From NCBI RefSeq assembly GCF_009914755.1, contig NC_060932.1: DNA of 64,000 nucleotides. One strand, 5' to 3'. A program made the translations under genes and the position numbers. Shown here one piece after another: positions 23,464-36,441 of this stretch. The stretch's first letter is position 1, and every line of letters begins with the position of its first letter. The notes below the pieces were generated by a model. That model was not told the origin of the DNA. It saw only the letters and a program-made list of their open reading frames with translations, and searched no databases. The stretch is from the human T2T-CHM13v2.0 reference genome, Homo sapiens.

Positions 23464-25108
23464 GTATACCTGGCAATGTTTATTTCTTTATTTGCTTGTT
23501 GCCTAACAGGCAGACATTTGAATGTCTGGCATTCTTCACATGGGATGAGAAAAGTTGGTGGAGAGGTTGACTCTTCCATATATAAACTTTCAGGTATTCT
23601 CCGTATTTTTGACCCTTTTCTCACTCCTGTCTTTGGCGAGACTTGGAGGTTCTGAGCCTTGAGCCCCTCCTAGGCTCTGCAGATGGACTCCTCCCTCAGC
23701 TGCCTGCCTCCTACAGCCTCTTCATCTGCATTTTCCTCTGGAGACACAGCATCTTCTCTGTCCTCCTCCTTCCTGTCCCTTTGTGGACCCCTTACAGCTG
23801 CTTTCTCTCCCTTTCTTCCTCAAACACCATCTTCTCTGCTCTCATTATTTCAGAAGTTTGCTAAACCCTCTCACTTGCTTACGTTATCCTGTTATTTTCA
23901 TCATTTGGGTTTATACTATCATTTTAATGGAGTCTCATAGAAATGAGAGGTAAACACACAAGCATTTTGGAAAGACCCCTCTGAATGCAGTATGGAGGGT
24001 ACATTGGTGGGGCAAGAAGGCAGAAAAGAGACTTATGGTCTTTGGGTTATTAGCCTTGGGCCTCTGCAGAATGAGCATCACAGGCCCAGGATGACAGGAG
24101 GTGCGGAAGGCAAGGGCAGCATCCCAGGAGCCCAGGACTCTCTACCAGTGGGCAGCCACATCGCTGTCCACGGTTTGGTGGGGAAAGTTCCCCATCAATC
24201 AAAAATTCTGTCAGCACCCATGAGTCATCACTGAGTGTCTTACCTCCTTTCCTGAGAAAATGGCAAGGACTTTGTTACCTGTGCATCTATTTTTCCATAA
24301 GTTGAGAAGTAACTGACCCTGGGAAGATGACTCAGAGCATCAGAAAACCAGCACGTTTCTGCTTCTCTTACAAGCCCTGGTCTTGACAGACACGATTGCC
24401 CTTTCTATTTACATCATAATACATTGATTGTTCTGTTTGAGACTCCAGGTAATGGATGGAGGGCAGTGAAAGGATGTGTGTGAACTTTCTGTCATGAAAG
24501 ACAATTTACAGGAACTAATCATCTTACAATTGTTGCTCAGAAAAAAGAAATTCATCAACCAGGCACCCCAAACAGGTATTTATATTCATGAACATCACTT
24601 AACTCTGAAGAAAGAGTTCCTTCCCAAAGAAGCCTCCTAGGAATGTTGCTGGTGTCATAAAAAGGGAAGGGAAAAGTTAAAGAAAACCTAAATTCATATT
24701 TTACTGCAGAATTTGTTAGTGTTTTTAAATTTTTATTCAGCAGTGTAAATCCCTAAGTCTTTAGCATTTCCCAGACTCATTTGACCACAGAACATGTATA
24801 TCATTGGACTAGCTGGGAAATATAATAAGCCCAAAGGCATTTTATGAGGAGTCCAGCTAGACTTTTTTTTCTTTACCATTTGATATTTAAGTTCATGATT
24901 AGAGCTACTAGTAATTTTCTACCACTCCAAGGAGAAAATTTTAAATGTCACTGTTTGCCTTTGAAGAGAGGGTCCCAGGGTATGGAAACTTGTCTGTTTT
25001 CACTGCTTCTGAGGATTACCTGCCCTGGGAAAGGTCACCTTCAAACAAGAAGCTGCCAAACCTCTGCTTACCATGCATAAAATGGTCAACTCTGTTTGCA
25101 TAATCACC

Positions 25109-26177
25109 CTTGAAGGGTGATTATGGCAAACCTATGTCTGAAAAAGAAAGGATCTGATTTTCCACATTCACTATTCTTTTTGCATTTTAGGAGTGATCTG
25201 AGCAACAGCATTGTCAGGATAATAGAAAAAGACTTAGCGGCCCTAAGCAGCAGTGATGTTTAATGCCCCTATTCATATAAAGTTAAATATAGATACATAT
25301 TTGAGCCTCACCTTATTTTCCAACTTGTTTTCTTTGTACTTTAATTCCTAATAGCTATAAAGTTCCTGGTCAGAGGAAGGAGTTGGTCTTTACAGAAATG
25401 TAGCCCAGTGGAAATCCATGGACCTACCTTGCAAAGGAGAACCCTCTTAGAGTAGGCAGGCGTGTCCTAGACAAAATTGGTTGCAATGGATGAAGTTGGG
25501 CTTTTCATAAGGGAAACTCAGTTATTCAAGAAAGAGCAAGCAATGAGGGCTACAGAGGTGGACAGAAACTTGGGAGGCCAACATTCAGGAGCTGTGGATT
25601 TCAAAGATGTTACAGGTTGTGGGTTCAGACCTTTCGCAAACCTTGGAACAAGATCTTTTCATCTTCAAGGCTTCTGTTATCCATCTGTAGAACATTCTTT
25701 TCCATTTTGAGAGCTAGTTATTTTTGATCGTGTGTGTGTTTATCTGTCTGTCCTCCAGTTCATTTATGAACTTACCTCCCACTTCTTTTAGTCCATGAAT
25801 CCTAATATACTGCTTATGCATGGTACATATTTGTTGTTGGGGATTGACTATGTGTGTCCTACTTAGGAGAAAGGCTACATCAATTCAAGATGGTCTTATA
25901 ACTGTGAAAGCCAATGAGTCCTTGAAGTGTGATTGTGGGAAACCTATGTCTGAAAAAGAAAGGATCTGATTTTCCACAGTCACTATTCTTTTTGCATTTT
26001 AGGAGTGATCTGAGCAACAACATTGCCAGGATAATAGGAAAAGACTTAACCGCGCAAAGCAGCAGTGATGTTTAATTCTCCAATTTATATAAAGTTAAAT
26101 ATAGATACATATTTGACCCTCACCTCATTTTTCAACTTGTTTTCTTTGTACTGTAATTCCTAATAGCTATAAAGTTC
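25109..26177 (+). repeat. 257-bp direct duplication: 25109-25365 and 25921-26177
   Basis: Ungapped hand alignment, offset 812, 19 mismatches (~93%). Confidence 0.95.
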
Positions 26178-26323
26178 TGCCTTGTGCTAATGTACTTTTA
26201 TCTTTCCAGAGAAAATGATACTTGTAATAAAGGGATGTTTTTTATTTGAATGGAGAAATACAATTATATAACCTGATAGATTTATTCTATAAAAGTGCTA
26301 TTCTGCTTTTTGAAGTAGGACAG

Positions 26324-26692
26324 TGCCTTGGACTAAATGTTTGTGTGTCCCCAAAATTCATATGTTGAAGCCTAATCCCCAATGTGATGGTATTTGGAGG
26401 TGGGGCCTTTGGAAGGTAATTAGGTCATGAGGGTGGAAACCCCATGAGTGGGATTAGTGCCCTTATAAAAAGAGACAGAAGAGATGATCTCTCTTCCTCT
26501 TGCCTATGTGAAGATACAGTGAGAAGTCATCCATCTGCAAACTAGGAAGAAGGCCCTCGCCAGACACTGGATCCACTGGCAGCTTGATCTTGGATGTCCC
26601 AGCCTCCAGAACTGTGGGAAATAAATGTTTGTTATTGAAGCCACCTAGTCTATGGTATTTTTTTTTTTTTTGGCAGCCCGAACTGATTAAGG
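26324..26692 (+). mobile_element. MLT1A-type solo LTR
   Basis: ccccaaaattcatatgttgaagcctaatccccaatgtgatggtatttggaggtggggccttt...ccagcctccagaactgtg. Confidence 0.85.
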
Positions 26693-27239
26693 TAAGCAGC
26701 ATATCTGATTCTTGTCTGTAATGGAATTTGTTCTAATATCTTTACTTAAATATTTCACTAAAAACAAAGCACTTCAAAGCAGCTTTACAACACTTTTCTG
26801 TGGGGACACACTAGACTTCTAAGTATGACATTTGTCAAGCTACCTGAATACAGGTCTGACTCTTGCTTTCTAGCTGGGTGACCTTGGGCAATTTATTTAA
26901 ATTTTCCAAACTCATTTCCTTTTTTTTTTTTTGTCAAACCAGTATAAAATGTAAGTCCCCTTATTTGTTTCTCTTGTGGGAGTAAATGAGATAGTGCACT
27001 CAGGGCCTAGTTATAAGTATTCAATAAACATTTGTCGTTGTTGTTGGGGTAATGATGTGTTGCTTGGTACTGTTGAAGGTGGCAACTCTGTCTAATCTCA
27101 GGTCCTCCAAGCCTACCATTCTGTGCTCAGTCACAATAAGTGTTTATTAATGAAATAAAAGAATAAGATAAATATACTCACTAGGTTTTTCTTCTAATAT
27201 TAGAAGCTTTCAGCCACCTAGTTGATTGAAGATTATTTT

Positions 27240-27740
27240 TTTCAATTTATAGACTATTTTATAACAGTGATTTTAGATTGACAGAAAAAATGAGCAGAAA
27301 GTAGACAGTTCTGAGAGATTCTTTCTCCCCACCCCATACCACCCCTCCCTTTAGTTTTCCCCTATTATTAACATCTTGCATTTGTTTCAATTGATGAGCC
27401 AATATTGATGCATTATTATTAACTAAAGCCCATGGTTTCCATTAGGGTTCACTGTTGGCATTTTATATTCTGTGAGCTTTGACAAATGCATTGTCTCATG
27501 TATCCACCATTACAGTATCATACAGAAGAGTTTCACTGCCCTAACTGTCCCCTGCACTTCCCCTATTCATCCCTTCCTCCCTTCAGCCCCTGCCAACCTT
27601 TCATCCTTTTAGTTTCTGTAATTTTGCTTTTTTCCAGAAAGACATGCAGTTGGAATCACACAGTATGGAGCCTTTTCTGACTGTTTTTTTTTCACTTACA
27701 CAATATATATTTTATGTGTAAGTTCCTCCATGTTTATTCA
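27240..27740 (-). mobile_element. L1MC-type 3' end
   Basis: cctattattaacatcttgcat, ttgatgagccaatattgat, tatccaccattacagtatcatacagaa. Confidence 0.7.
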
Positions 27741-28357
27741 AACAAAGCTATGTTTTTACTTAGGAATAAGGCCATTGCTATGGGAATTATCCATTTGGCT
27801 AATGTTTCTCTTCTTAGTAAATGCTCACTTAAGAACTAGTTCCTTGTTGAAACCCCTATTCTTAGTCTAATTCATTAATTTAACTGAAAACAGGTACACT
27901 TAAAGGGGAATTTTGCATCTTAAGGAGAGGTTAAAAACAATGATTAAAAATGATTAGTAATTAAGTAATTAGTAATTGGTAATGAACTGCTAATTAAAAG
28001 TAAAATTCAAGAGTATATGTATACCTTTTTCCTTTCATGATTAATAAGTCCATCATCACTTCCTGGTGGGAGCCTTGATTATACCACAGGCTGTTAGGGA
28101 CCTGTCAGATTCTCCTAAGGTAACATGAGTTATTACTCATAGCAAACTGGCTGGAAATTCTTTTTTTATTATTACAATTATCTATAACTTAATTGCTTCT
28201 GGATGACCTTACTATCACTCCATTCTTGGTCTCTCTTTCTAAGGTCAGGGTAATAGAAAAGAATTATTCATCATAAGTTTTAAAACTCCCCTTTTACTAA
28301 TCTTGTCTGTCTCCCTGATTGGATCTCTGGAGGATCCTCTTTTTCTCCAGCTTGAGA

Positions 28358-29370
28358 TATGGGGGGAACCCACCCCCAGTATTTCAACGTAGGTTCTTTC
28401 TATTTTGCATAAGTGTCAGTCAGCTGAGAAATAAAGAGAAAGAGTACAAAGAGAGGAATTTTACAGCTGGGCTGCCAGGGGTGACATCACATATCGGTAG
28501 GACCATGATGCCTGCCTGAGGCTCAAACCAGCAAGTTTTTGTTAAGGATTTCAAAAGGGGAGAGGGTGTAAAACAGTGAGTAGGCACAAAGATCATGTGC
28601 TTCAAAGGTCAAAAAGCAAAACAAAGATCACATGCTTCTGAGGGAACAGGACAAAGGCAAAGCAGAACTACTGATAAGGGTCTATGTTCAGCTATGCACG
28701 TGTTGCCTTGATAAACATCTTAAACAACAGAAAACAGGGTTAGAGAGCAGAGAACTGGTCTGACCACAAATTTACCAGGGCAGAGATTTTCCCCACCCTA
28801 ATAAGCCTGAGGGTACTGCAGGAGACCAGGATATACCTCAGTCCTTATCTCAACAGCATAAGACAGACACTCCCAGAGCGGCCATTTATAGACTGCCCCC
28901 CAGGAATGCATTCCTTTCCCAGGGTATTAATATTAATATTCCTTGCTAGGAAAAGAATTTAGTGATACCTCTCCTACTTGCACATCCATTTATAGGCTCT
29001 CTGCAAGAAGAAAAATATGGCTGTTTTTGCCCAACCCCGCAGGCAGTCAGACCTCATGGTTGTCTTCCCTTGTTCCCTAAAAGTCACTGTTATTCTGTTC
29101 TTTTTCAAGGTGCACTGATTTCATATTCAAACACTCATGTTTTACAATCAATTTATACAGTTAACACAATTATCACAGTGGTCCTGAGATGACGTACATC
29201 CTTAGCTTACGAAGATAACAGGATTAAGAGATTAAAATAAAGACAGGCATAAGAAATTATAAAAGTATTATTTAGGAACTGATAAATGTCCATGAAATCT
29301 TCACAATTTATGTTCCTCTGCTGTGGCTCCAGCTGGTCCCTCCATTCAGGGTCCCTGACTTCCTGCAACA
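28358..29370 (-). mobile_element. MER11 solo LTR (HERV-K11/HML-8), full length
   Basis: Minus strand begins TGTTGCAGGAAGTCAGGGACCC and ends GGTTCCCCCCATA; ~1.0 kb; flanks ttgaga/aggaga are a possible decayed 6-bp TSD. Confidence 0.88.
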
Positions 29371-30182
29371 AGGAGATGGGGACAGCACAGATACAGCTGT
29401 CTTCATGCCTTCCCAGGAGGCCAGCCCCAGATGAGCAGGCCTCTTCCAGACTTAATTTCCTTGATAATTTTGTGTTCATCCTGTTCCACTAGATACTCTA
29501 AGATACAGTTTCTTCTGCAGCCCTTCAGCCTTCCCTCTCAGCTTTTTAAAGTTTATACCCTTCAAGCACTTACAAACAGTATGTCACTCCACTGGTCTTA
29601 GTTTAGAAAATGCACAGATATATTTACTTGGCTTTTGGAGTGCTTTTTAAAAAGCCACCTTCCTGGGCCCTTGAACTCTTCATGGACGGGGGAAAGAGAA
29701 GTTTCTTCACCAAACTGCCTGAGGCTGGGTGGTTTGGATTTCTTTAAAAGAGCTGTTGTTTCCTTCCTGCTGTCATTTCTGCATCTAATCATGGAGGCAG
29801 CTCCTGATCAAAGAGCATTGTACTGGTGAGGCACTCATTCTCCCACATATGGGCTGACCCCCTGGTGCTGAGTGAGTGAGGTGAGCCTGGTCAGAATGGG
29901 GTTGGGGGCACCAAGAAAGAGATAGCTCAATGTAGGGCCCTTGTGTCCATGCAAGTTTCATTCACATCCCCAAAGCAGTGTCAAGCCCCTGAAGCCACAT
30001 CAACTCTCCAATACTAAGCCCCTAGGTTCTTTGAGCAAAGTAGTTGACTAAGAACCAAGAAGAAGATGAAGAATAAACATTAACAATGGCTGAAAATTGA
30101 GGTTTTAGGTTTTTTACGAAATACAAAAATGCCAATCACATTTGTATCTGCTGGGGTTTTATCAGAAATCTTCCAGGGGAAC

Positions 30183-30735
30183 TGTGATGGTTAATATTGA
30201 GTGTCAACTTGATTGGATTGAAGGATGCAAAGTATTGTTCCTGAGTGTGTTTGTGAGGGTGTTGCCAAAGGAGGTAACATTTGAGTCAGTGCACTGGGAG
30301 AGGCTAACCTACCCTCAATCTGGTTGGGCACCATCTAATCAGCTGCCAGTGTGGCTAGAATAAAAGCTGGCCGAAGTTGGAAAATAAGATAAGAACACGT
30401 GTTGAGTCTGCCGGCCTTCACTTTTCCCCTGTGCTGGATGCCTTCTGCCCTTGAATATCAGACTCCAAGTTCTTCAGCTTTTGGACTCTTGGACTTACAC
30501 CAGTGTTTTGCCAGGGGCTCTTAGATCTTCGGCCACAGACTGAAGGCTGCACTGTCAGCTTCCCTACTTTTGAGGTTTTTGGACTCAGACTGGCTTCCTT
30601 GCTGCTCAGCTTGCAGACGGCCTATTGTGGGACTTCACCTTGTGATCATGTGAGTCAATACTCCTTCATAAACTCCCCTTCATGTACACATCTGTCCTAT
30701 TAGTTCTGTGCCTCTAGAGAACCCTGACCAATACA
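30183..30735 (+). mobile_element. MLT2A1-type solo LTR (HERV-L)
   Basis: TGTGATGGTTAATATTGAGTGTCAACTTGATTGGATTGAAGGATGCAAAG...AGAGAACCCTGACCAATACA; perfect TSD GGAAC at 30178-30182 and 30736-30740. Confidence 0.9.
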
Positions 30736-33060
30736 GGAACTAAAAGGGGCTAAGCAGTTCTCAGAACTAACCACTGAGACTTTTCCTCTGGGAACTCTGG
30801 GGCACTACAGCTCCTTCTCTTTTGGTCAAAAAAAGTGCAATCATGGCTTCTCTTGTTTATGATTCTTCTAGAAGTTTTATGTCTTTTCTTTCTTTCTTTT
30901 TTTTTTTTTCTCTCATCCTCTCTCTTGGAACTCTGCTAGGAAGTAGAAGTGATTATCCACATTCCATAGAAGAAGAAGCGGAGCTCAGAATGGGTAAGTA
31001 ACTTGGCTGATGTCTCCCAGCTGATATGTGGAGGGGTGTTGGGGTTCCCAAAGAGCCCCTCCTTTCCCTTTCTCTCCTCCTTCTCAATCTGGGGAGGGGT
31101 GGGACAGTATCACATGGTTGTGAAGGGAGAACCCCATATGTATGCCATGCTACCAGCTTGCCTCTTCCCTCAGCACTGACTACAAGGTGTGATCATGAGG
31201 AATATTCACCGTTTATGCTCATATTGTTCAAGAGAAGACTAAACCAGCAGGCTCAGCCAGAGCATCCCTGGAAACTTACCTGAGCATTATCCATAGTAAT
31301 TCTTCTGTTTGCTGCTGGGTTTCCTTCATCAATTTTAATCCTTACACCTCTTCTGTAAAAACCATGCTCAACATCCATTCTGTCCATCCTTAGTGGGGCC
31401 ATTCCCAGGAGCAATGGTTACAACCTACTAACAAATGTGCTTATGCAGATCCTCAAAATAGAGCCAAACCTCCCCACATCTTAGGGCCTGGGAAAGATTT
31501 GCACTTTCTCGTTCTATAATGGATGTTATAAGTTGATGTTGATGCCTCACATCAGTTTCCAAATTAATATTTGCTATATGGAGCCTTGCTAATTAATATG
31601 AATCTTTGATGAAGTTTCAGATCAGCTATTTGAAATGGGAGGAAGGTAGAAAGCAACTTGCAAATTCTGTGCATAATGAGGTGAGGAACAAGCTCACATA
31701 ATGAAGTAAACAATTAGGCAACATTTGCATGATTCTTTTTCTTCCAACACAAGACAAGACACAGGGAGCTGATTAGCATTCTGCCTTTGCTGTGAGTCTT
31801 GCTTCTTATTTCTCCACCATTTGGGAGGATTCTCAAAGCCAAGCACAGGTAACACTGTTTTGCCAAAATTTTCTTATATTATCCAAGGGACTGCCAGGCA
31901 GCAAAGGTTACCCTGCCAAAGTCAACCTGACACAGGTGACTTCTGTTTCTGTAACTTTTCCCTCAGCTGATACACTTGTATCCAGAGAAAGGCCCCAATT
32001 TAGGTTCTGACCTCTGAATGCCAACCAGCCAGAGAGTACTGAAAACAGTTATTACTCAACCCCAACATTTACTGAGCGTCTACTATGCCCTAGAGCCTGT
32101 GCTAGAGGTGAAGATAAAAATGAATAGGTGAATGTCCTGCTGCCTTTGAGGTATCCTCTGCCCACTGGAGGAAGAAGCATTAAAGACAACATTTATGGTG
32201 AGCACTCTGCAGGTACAGAGGAGGGAATCTACCTCTGGTCGGGGAAGGAGGAAGGGTTCGAGAAAAGCTCCCAGAGGAGGCAATGCCTGCCATGAGACTG
32301 GAAAGAGGATCAGGAGCTGGCCAACGAGCAGCAGAACGGGGCTCATTCTAGACAGAGTGCTCCCAACATAAGCAAAGCTGTGAGGAAGTTCCCAGTGTTC
32401 CAGAAACTACAAGTGGTTTCCTAGAGAGTATGAAGTTGTGCACACAGGAAAGCTCTCACAGGTAAAGCTAGACATGTCAGCAAAGGCCTGCTCCTGAACC
32501 TGAGATGTGGTTCTTGGTGGACAGAGTCAATGAGGGCTTTTAACAGGGAAAATACATGGGAGGATGTATATTTTAGAGAACACACTCAAGCTTGTTGGGC
32601 TAGATGGACATGTCAAATAAAGATGATAATGAGCATATTGGGTGTCCACTGTGTGCCAGGTACAATGCTGGGATGGCAAGGACACAGACACCAGTCAGAA
32701 ATCTTCCAACTAAGGTGGGTCCGCTGGGAGCAGCCCAAGGTGCCAAAGAAGCTGTCAAACAGCTTGATGAACAGACCCGTGCCTTCCCAGATCCAGATCC
32801 CAGCTCTATGGGTTATTAGTTATGTGGCTACGTAGCTCATGGAACTTCTCTGTGTCTCAGTTTCTTCATTAGTGAAATGAGGAAAACAGGACCTACCTCA
32901 TAGAGGTATTGCTGTGAGGATTAAATGCGTAGATGTACGTGATGTCCTTACTTTGGCTTCTGGAAAAGTTAAGTGATTTCTAAGTGCAGTTCACATTATC
33001 TGAACAATGGTAAGGACTGAAGACAGAGCAAGAACATCAAGGCATGTTAAGAACAAGAGG

Positions 33061-33577
33061 TATCAGGGGAACCCGCTCCCAATATTTCAACATAGGTTCT
33101 TTCTATTTTCCATAAGTGTCAGTTGGCTGAGAAATAAAGAGAAAGAGTACAAAGAGAGGAATTTTACAGCTGGGCCGCCAGGGGTGACATCACATATCAG
33201 TAGGACTGTGATGCCCGCCTGAGTCTCAGAGGAGCGAGTTTTTATTAAGGGTTTTAAAAGGGAAGGGGATGTAAGAACAGGGAGTAGGTACAAAGATCAC
33301 ATGCTTCAAAGGGCAAAAAGCAGAGCTACTAATAAGTGTCTAACAAAGATCACAGGGCAAAGAGCAAAAGCAGAACCACTGATAATGGTCTATGTTCAGC
33401 AGTGCACGTATTGTCTTGATAAACATCTTAAACAACAGAAAACAGAGATCAAGAGCAGAGAACTGGTCTGACCACAAATTTACCAGGGTGGAATTTTTCC
33501 CCACCCTAATAAGCCTGAGGGTACTGCAGGAGACCAGGGCATATCTCAGTCCTTATCTCAACTGCATAAGACAGACA
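33061..33577 (-). mobile_element. Second MER11 LTR, truncated (3' half only)
   Basis: Aligns to 28358-28869 of the first copy; homology stops abruptly at gcataagacagaca. Confidence 0.88.
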
Positions 33578-33899
33578 TACTACAGACTATACTACAGATA
33601 TTCTACAGACTATACTGAAGGAGACAGGCTGGTGGAATCCAGTGCTTCCGTAAGAGTTAAGCACTTTGTAACTACAATTGTCATTATCTGAACTAAGGTA
33701 AGGGCTGGAGGCAGAGCCAGAGCTTCAAGAAGGAATTGGCTAACACAAAAGCAAGAACATGGATTCTTCTGAGAAGTAAAGAAAGATGTTTCCCAAAAGC
33801 AAGCACTTTGTAGGTGGCGATGTGTTGATGTGCTGGGTCTGATAAAAAGTGATCCCAACAGAAAGTTCCTCTCATCTCCAGCCTAGGAAATCTTTAGGC

Positions 33900-34180
33900 C
33901 TTCACTCAGATCTTCACTCAGGCCTTCCCGGACCACCCTCTCAAAAATTTTCAACCGCTTTCTCCTGCACACTTGAACTCTCCCTTTCTGCTTGTTCTCC
34001 TTGGCACTCACATTCTATCTCACTGAATTATCTGATTTCTTGTTATCTTCCACCCAAGGATGTAAGCCTCATTAAAGGCAGGGATTTTTGTCTGTTGTGT
34101 TCACTGTTGTAACTGGAGTTAAATGCTGCTTGTCACAAAGTAGACATTCAATAACTATTTGTTGAATGCCTGATGAATGA
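33900..34180 (+). mobile_element. L2 3' end
   Basis: tgtaagcctcattaaaggcagggatttttgtctg...tagacattcaataactatttgttgaatg. Confidence 0.7.
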
Positions 34181-35757
34181 AATCCTCATGTTAGTACTAT
34201 TGGAACAGAGAATAGGGTACATCTATTGGTCAACTAGCATTCAGAAACTATCTGCTGGGCCCTATGGGCGATATTGAAAAAGAAAACAGAAATTCTATCA
34301 TCAAATTTTTAATATTTGAAGAAACAAAATGAATGAGCCCATGTGGTAAGAAGATGACTGAACCCCACTCTCCTTCTTCTAAAGCTGTGCTTTTTCTCCC
34401 TTGCAGTCTCATCTCCAGGCAGCTGTCCCTCTTCTGGATCTCTGGCAACTCCAGTTCACAGCACCCTTTCTCCTCCTAGCCTAGGATCCAGTGCCTTTAG
34501 CAGCCCAGTCATGCGACTCTCTCACACCAGCCTGGCACCTGGGTGTCGCCCGAAAGCCTCCTCAGAGCTGTCTTTGATGAGCACCACCTGCTGCCTGTCA
34601 GTCCAACTGCGGTGGAGATGGTTGGGGTCAAATCCCCATTGTCAAGGTGATAGGAGAGACCTCAGTGTGCTTTGTGGATGCAGAGGATGAAAATCAGCAA
34701 AACTGAATGAGCTGTGTGCTGTTCTTAGAGGAAGCACTAGGTAAACTATTCCAGTACAATTCTGTTTATTCTTTTCTGTGCAAACCCAAATTTAGTGTAC
34801 CCAATACACATGCATATGAATACATACCACATAGAAATGCACAGACATCACACACACCCACAACACTCAGACACAGGGATGTGAGTGTATGCATGAACAC
34901 ATACTCACACTCACACACCATTGTAAGGCTTGTCCTCATCCTAAGAGTTTAACGTAATAGCTTTTTTAAAAAAAATTGAATAAATGAATGAATGAAATCA
35001 TTATTTTATCTGTAATCATTTAACAGAGGATGGAGAATAATAGCCACCCACTCTCAACCATCCCAGTTTTAAACATTTATTAATATTGGGGTTTATTTTT
35101 AAAAGAAATTCAAAAACTTAGGGTAAAATGTTCCCCCAAAACTTTTACTGTTGCCTGGGTTTATTATTTTTCAGAATTCAATAAATTTTTCAGAATTGTT
35201 TTTCCTTTAAAGAGTGGAAACTTCTGAAGAAAATAGCCATGTTACCAATGTCGTCACGCTGAAGCCACAGAGTCAAGTTAGTGGCAATGGCCGTGGACTG
35301 GGAGCCAATTGAACTGGGTTTCAATCCTGCCTTTTTTTTTATTATTTTTAAATGCAACTGTATGCAAATTGCTTCTTCTCCCTGAGTCTCCATTTTCTCA
35401 TTTATAATTTGGGGAGCGGGGTAGAGAGTCTTTACTTAAACATAGGGCATTACCCCTCCATACATCCATATTTATGTGCCCTCTTAAGATCCTTCTAAGA
35501 TATTTTTAAAAACAAAGGCTAAGCTCTTTAACCATAAGAACCCACTGTGGATGCAGGACATCAATACATTTCCAGGGGGGAAGACATTGGGTCATTGGGT
35601 AGGTGCTGACTGATCAAACAAGGTGGAGGAAGCCACAGGAGACAGTAACAAAGAAATAAATACAGCCATGCACCTTACTGAATCTTGGAGAGACTTGGGA
35701 TTCTGGAACACCAGTTATAATTAAGCATCGGAGCAAGCCACAGATTGATTCTGGACT

Positions 35758-35958
35758 GGCATGATTTTGCCCCACCCTCAGGGGACATTTGTCAATGTTT
35801 GGAGACATCTTGAGTATCATGACTGGGAGGTGCTCCTGACACCTGGGGGTTAGAAGCCAGAGATGCTGCTAAACATCCTACTATGCACAGGGCAGCCCCC
35901 TTGACAAAGAGTCATACAGCTCAAAATTGTCAAAAATCTTAAAGTTAAGAAACTCCAC
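35758..35958. mobile_element. MER20 (hAT-Charlie)
   Basis: gattttgcccc..caggggacatttgtcaatgtttggagacat...gccagagatgctgctaaacatccta..atgcacagg.cagcccc. Confidence 0.85.
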
Positions 35959-36034
35959 TCTACACCCAAGAGTTGATCTCCCACTCTGAAACCTTCTCCA
36001 TATTTGAAGACTAACAGATATCCATCTACCTCAC

Positions 36035-36441
36035 TGTTATGGGCTGAATTTTTCTCCTCAAAATTTATATGTTGAAGACCTAATCCCCAGTACCTCAGAA
36101 TGTGACTGCATTTAGAGATGGGGCCATTAAAGAAGTAACTAAGTTAAAATGAGGCCTTTAGAGTAAGCCCTTATCTGATCTGACTCATGTCCTTATAAGA
36201 AGAGGAGATTAGGACACACAGAGAGACACCAGCGATGCACATGCACAGAGAAAAGTCGTATAAGGACACAGAGAGAAGGCAGCCATCCGCAAACCATGGA
36301 GGAAGGCCTCAAAAGAAATCAACTCTGCCAACACCTTGATCTTAGACTTCCAGCCTCCAGAACTGTGAGAAAATGAATTTCTGTTGTTTAAGCCATCCAG
36401 TCTGTAATACTTTATTATAACAGCCCAAGAAAACTAATACA
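36035..36441 (+). mobile_element. MLT1B-type solo LTR
   Basis: TGTTATGGGCTGAAT...AAACTAATACA; TSD ctcac/cccac (4/5). Confidence 0.85.

Larger units (their letters stand above)
29780..35010 (+). ncRNA. Candidate spliced lncRNA divergent from CRH (position recalled for placenta-expressed LINC00967)
   Basis: Mainly recollection of annotation. Sequence offers TTTAAAA 29743-29749, donors CTG|GTGAGG (29826) and GAG|GTGAGC (29881), and AATAAA 34979-34984. Exon structure not established. Confidence 0.35.

Noticed and set aside
28358-33577. The two co-oriented MER11s as paired LTRs of one provirus
   Set aside because: The 3.7 kb between them holds MLT2A1, L2/MIR-like and unique DNA, with no gag/pol similarity, and the copies differ by internal indels; independent insertions are more likely.
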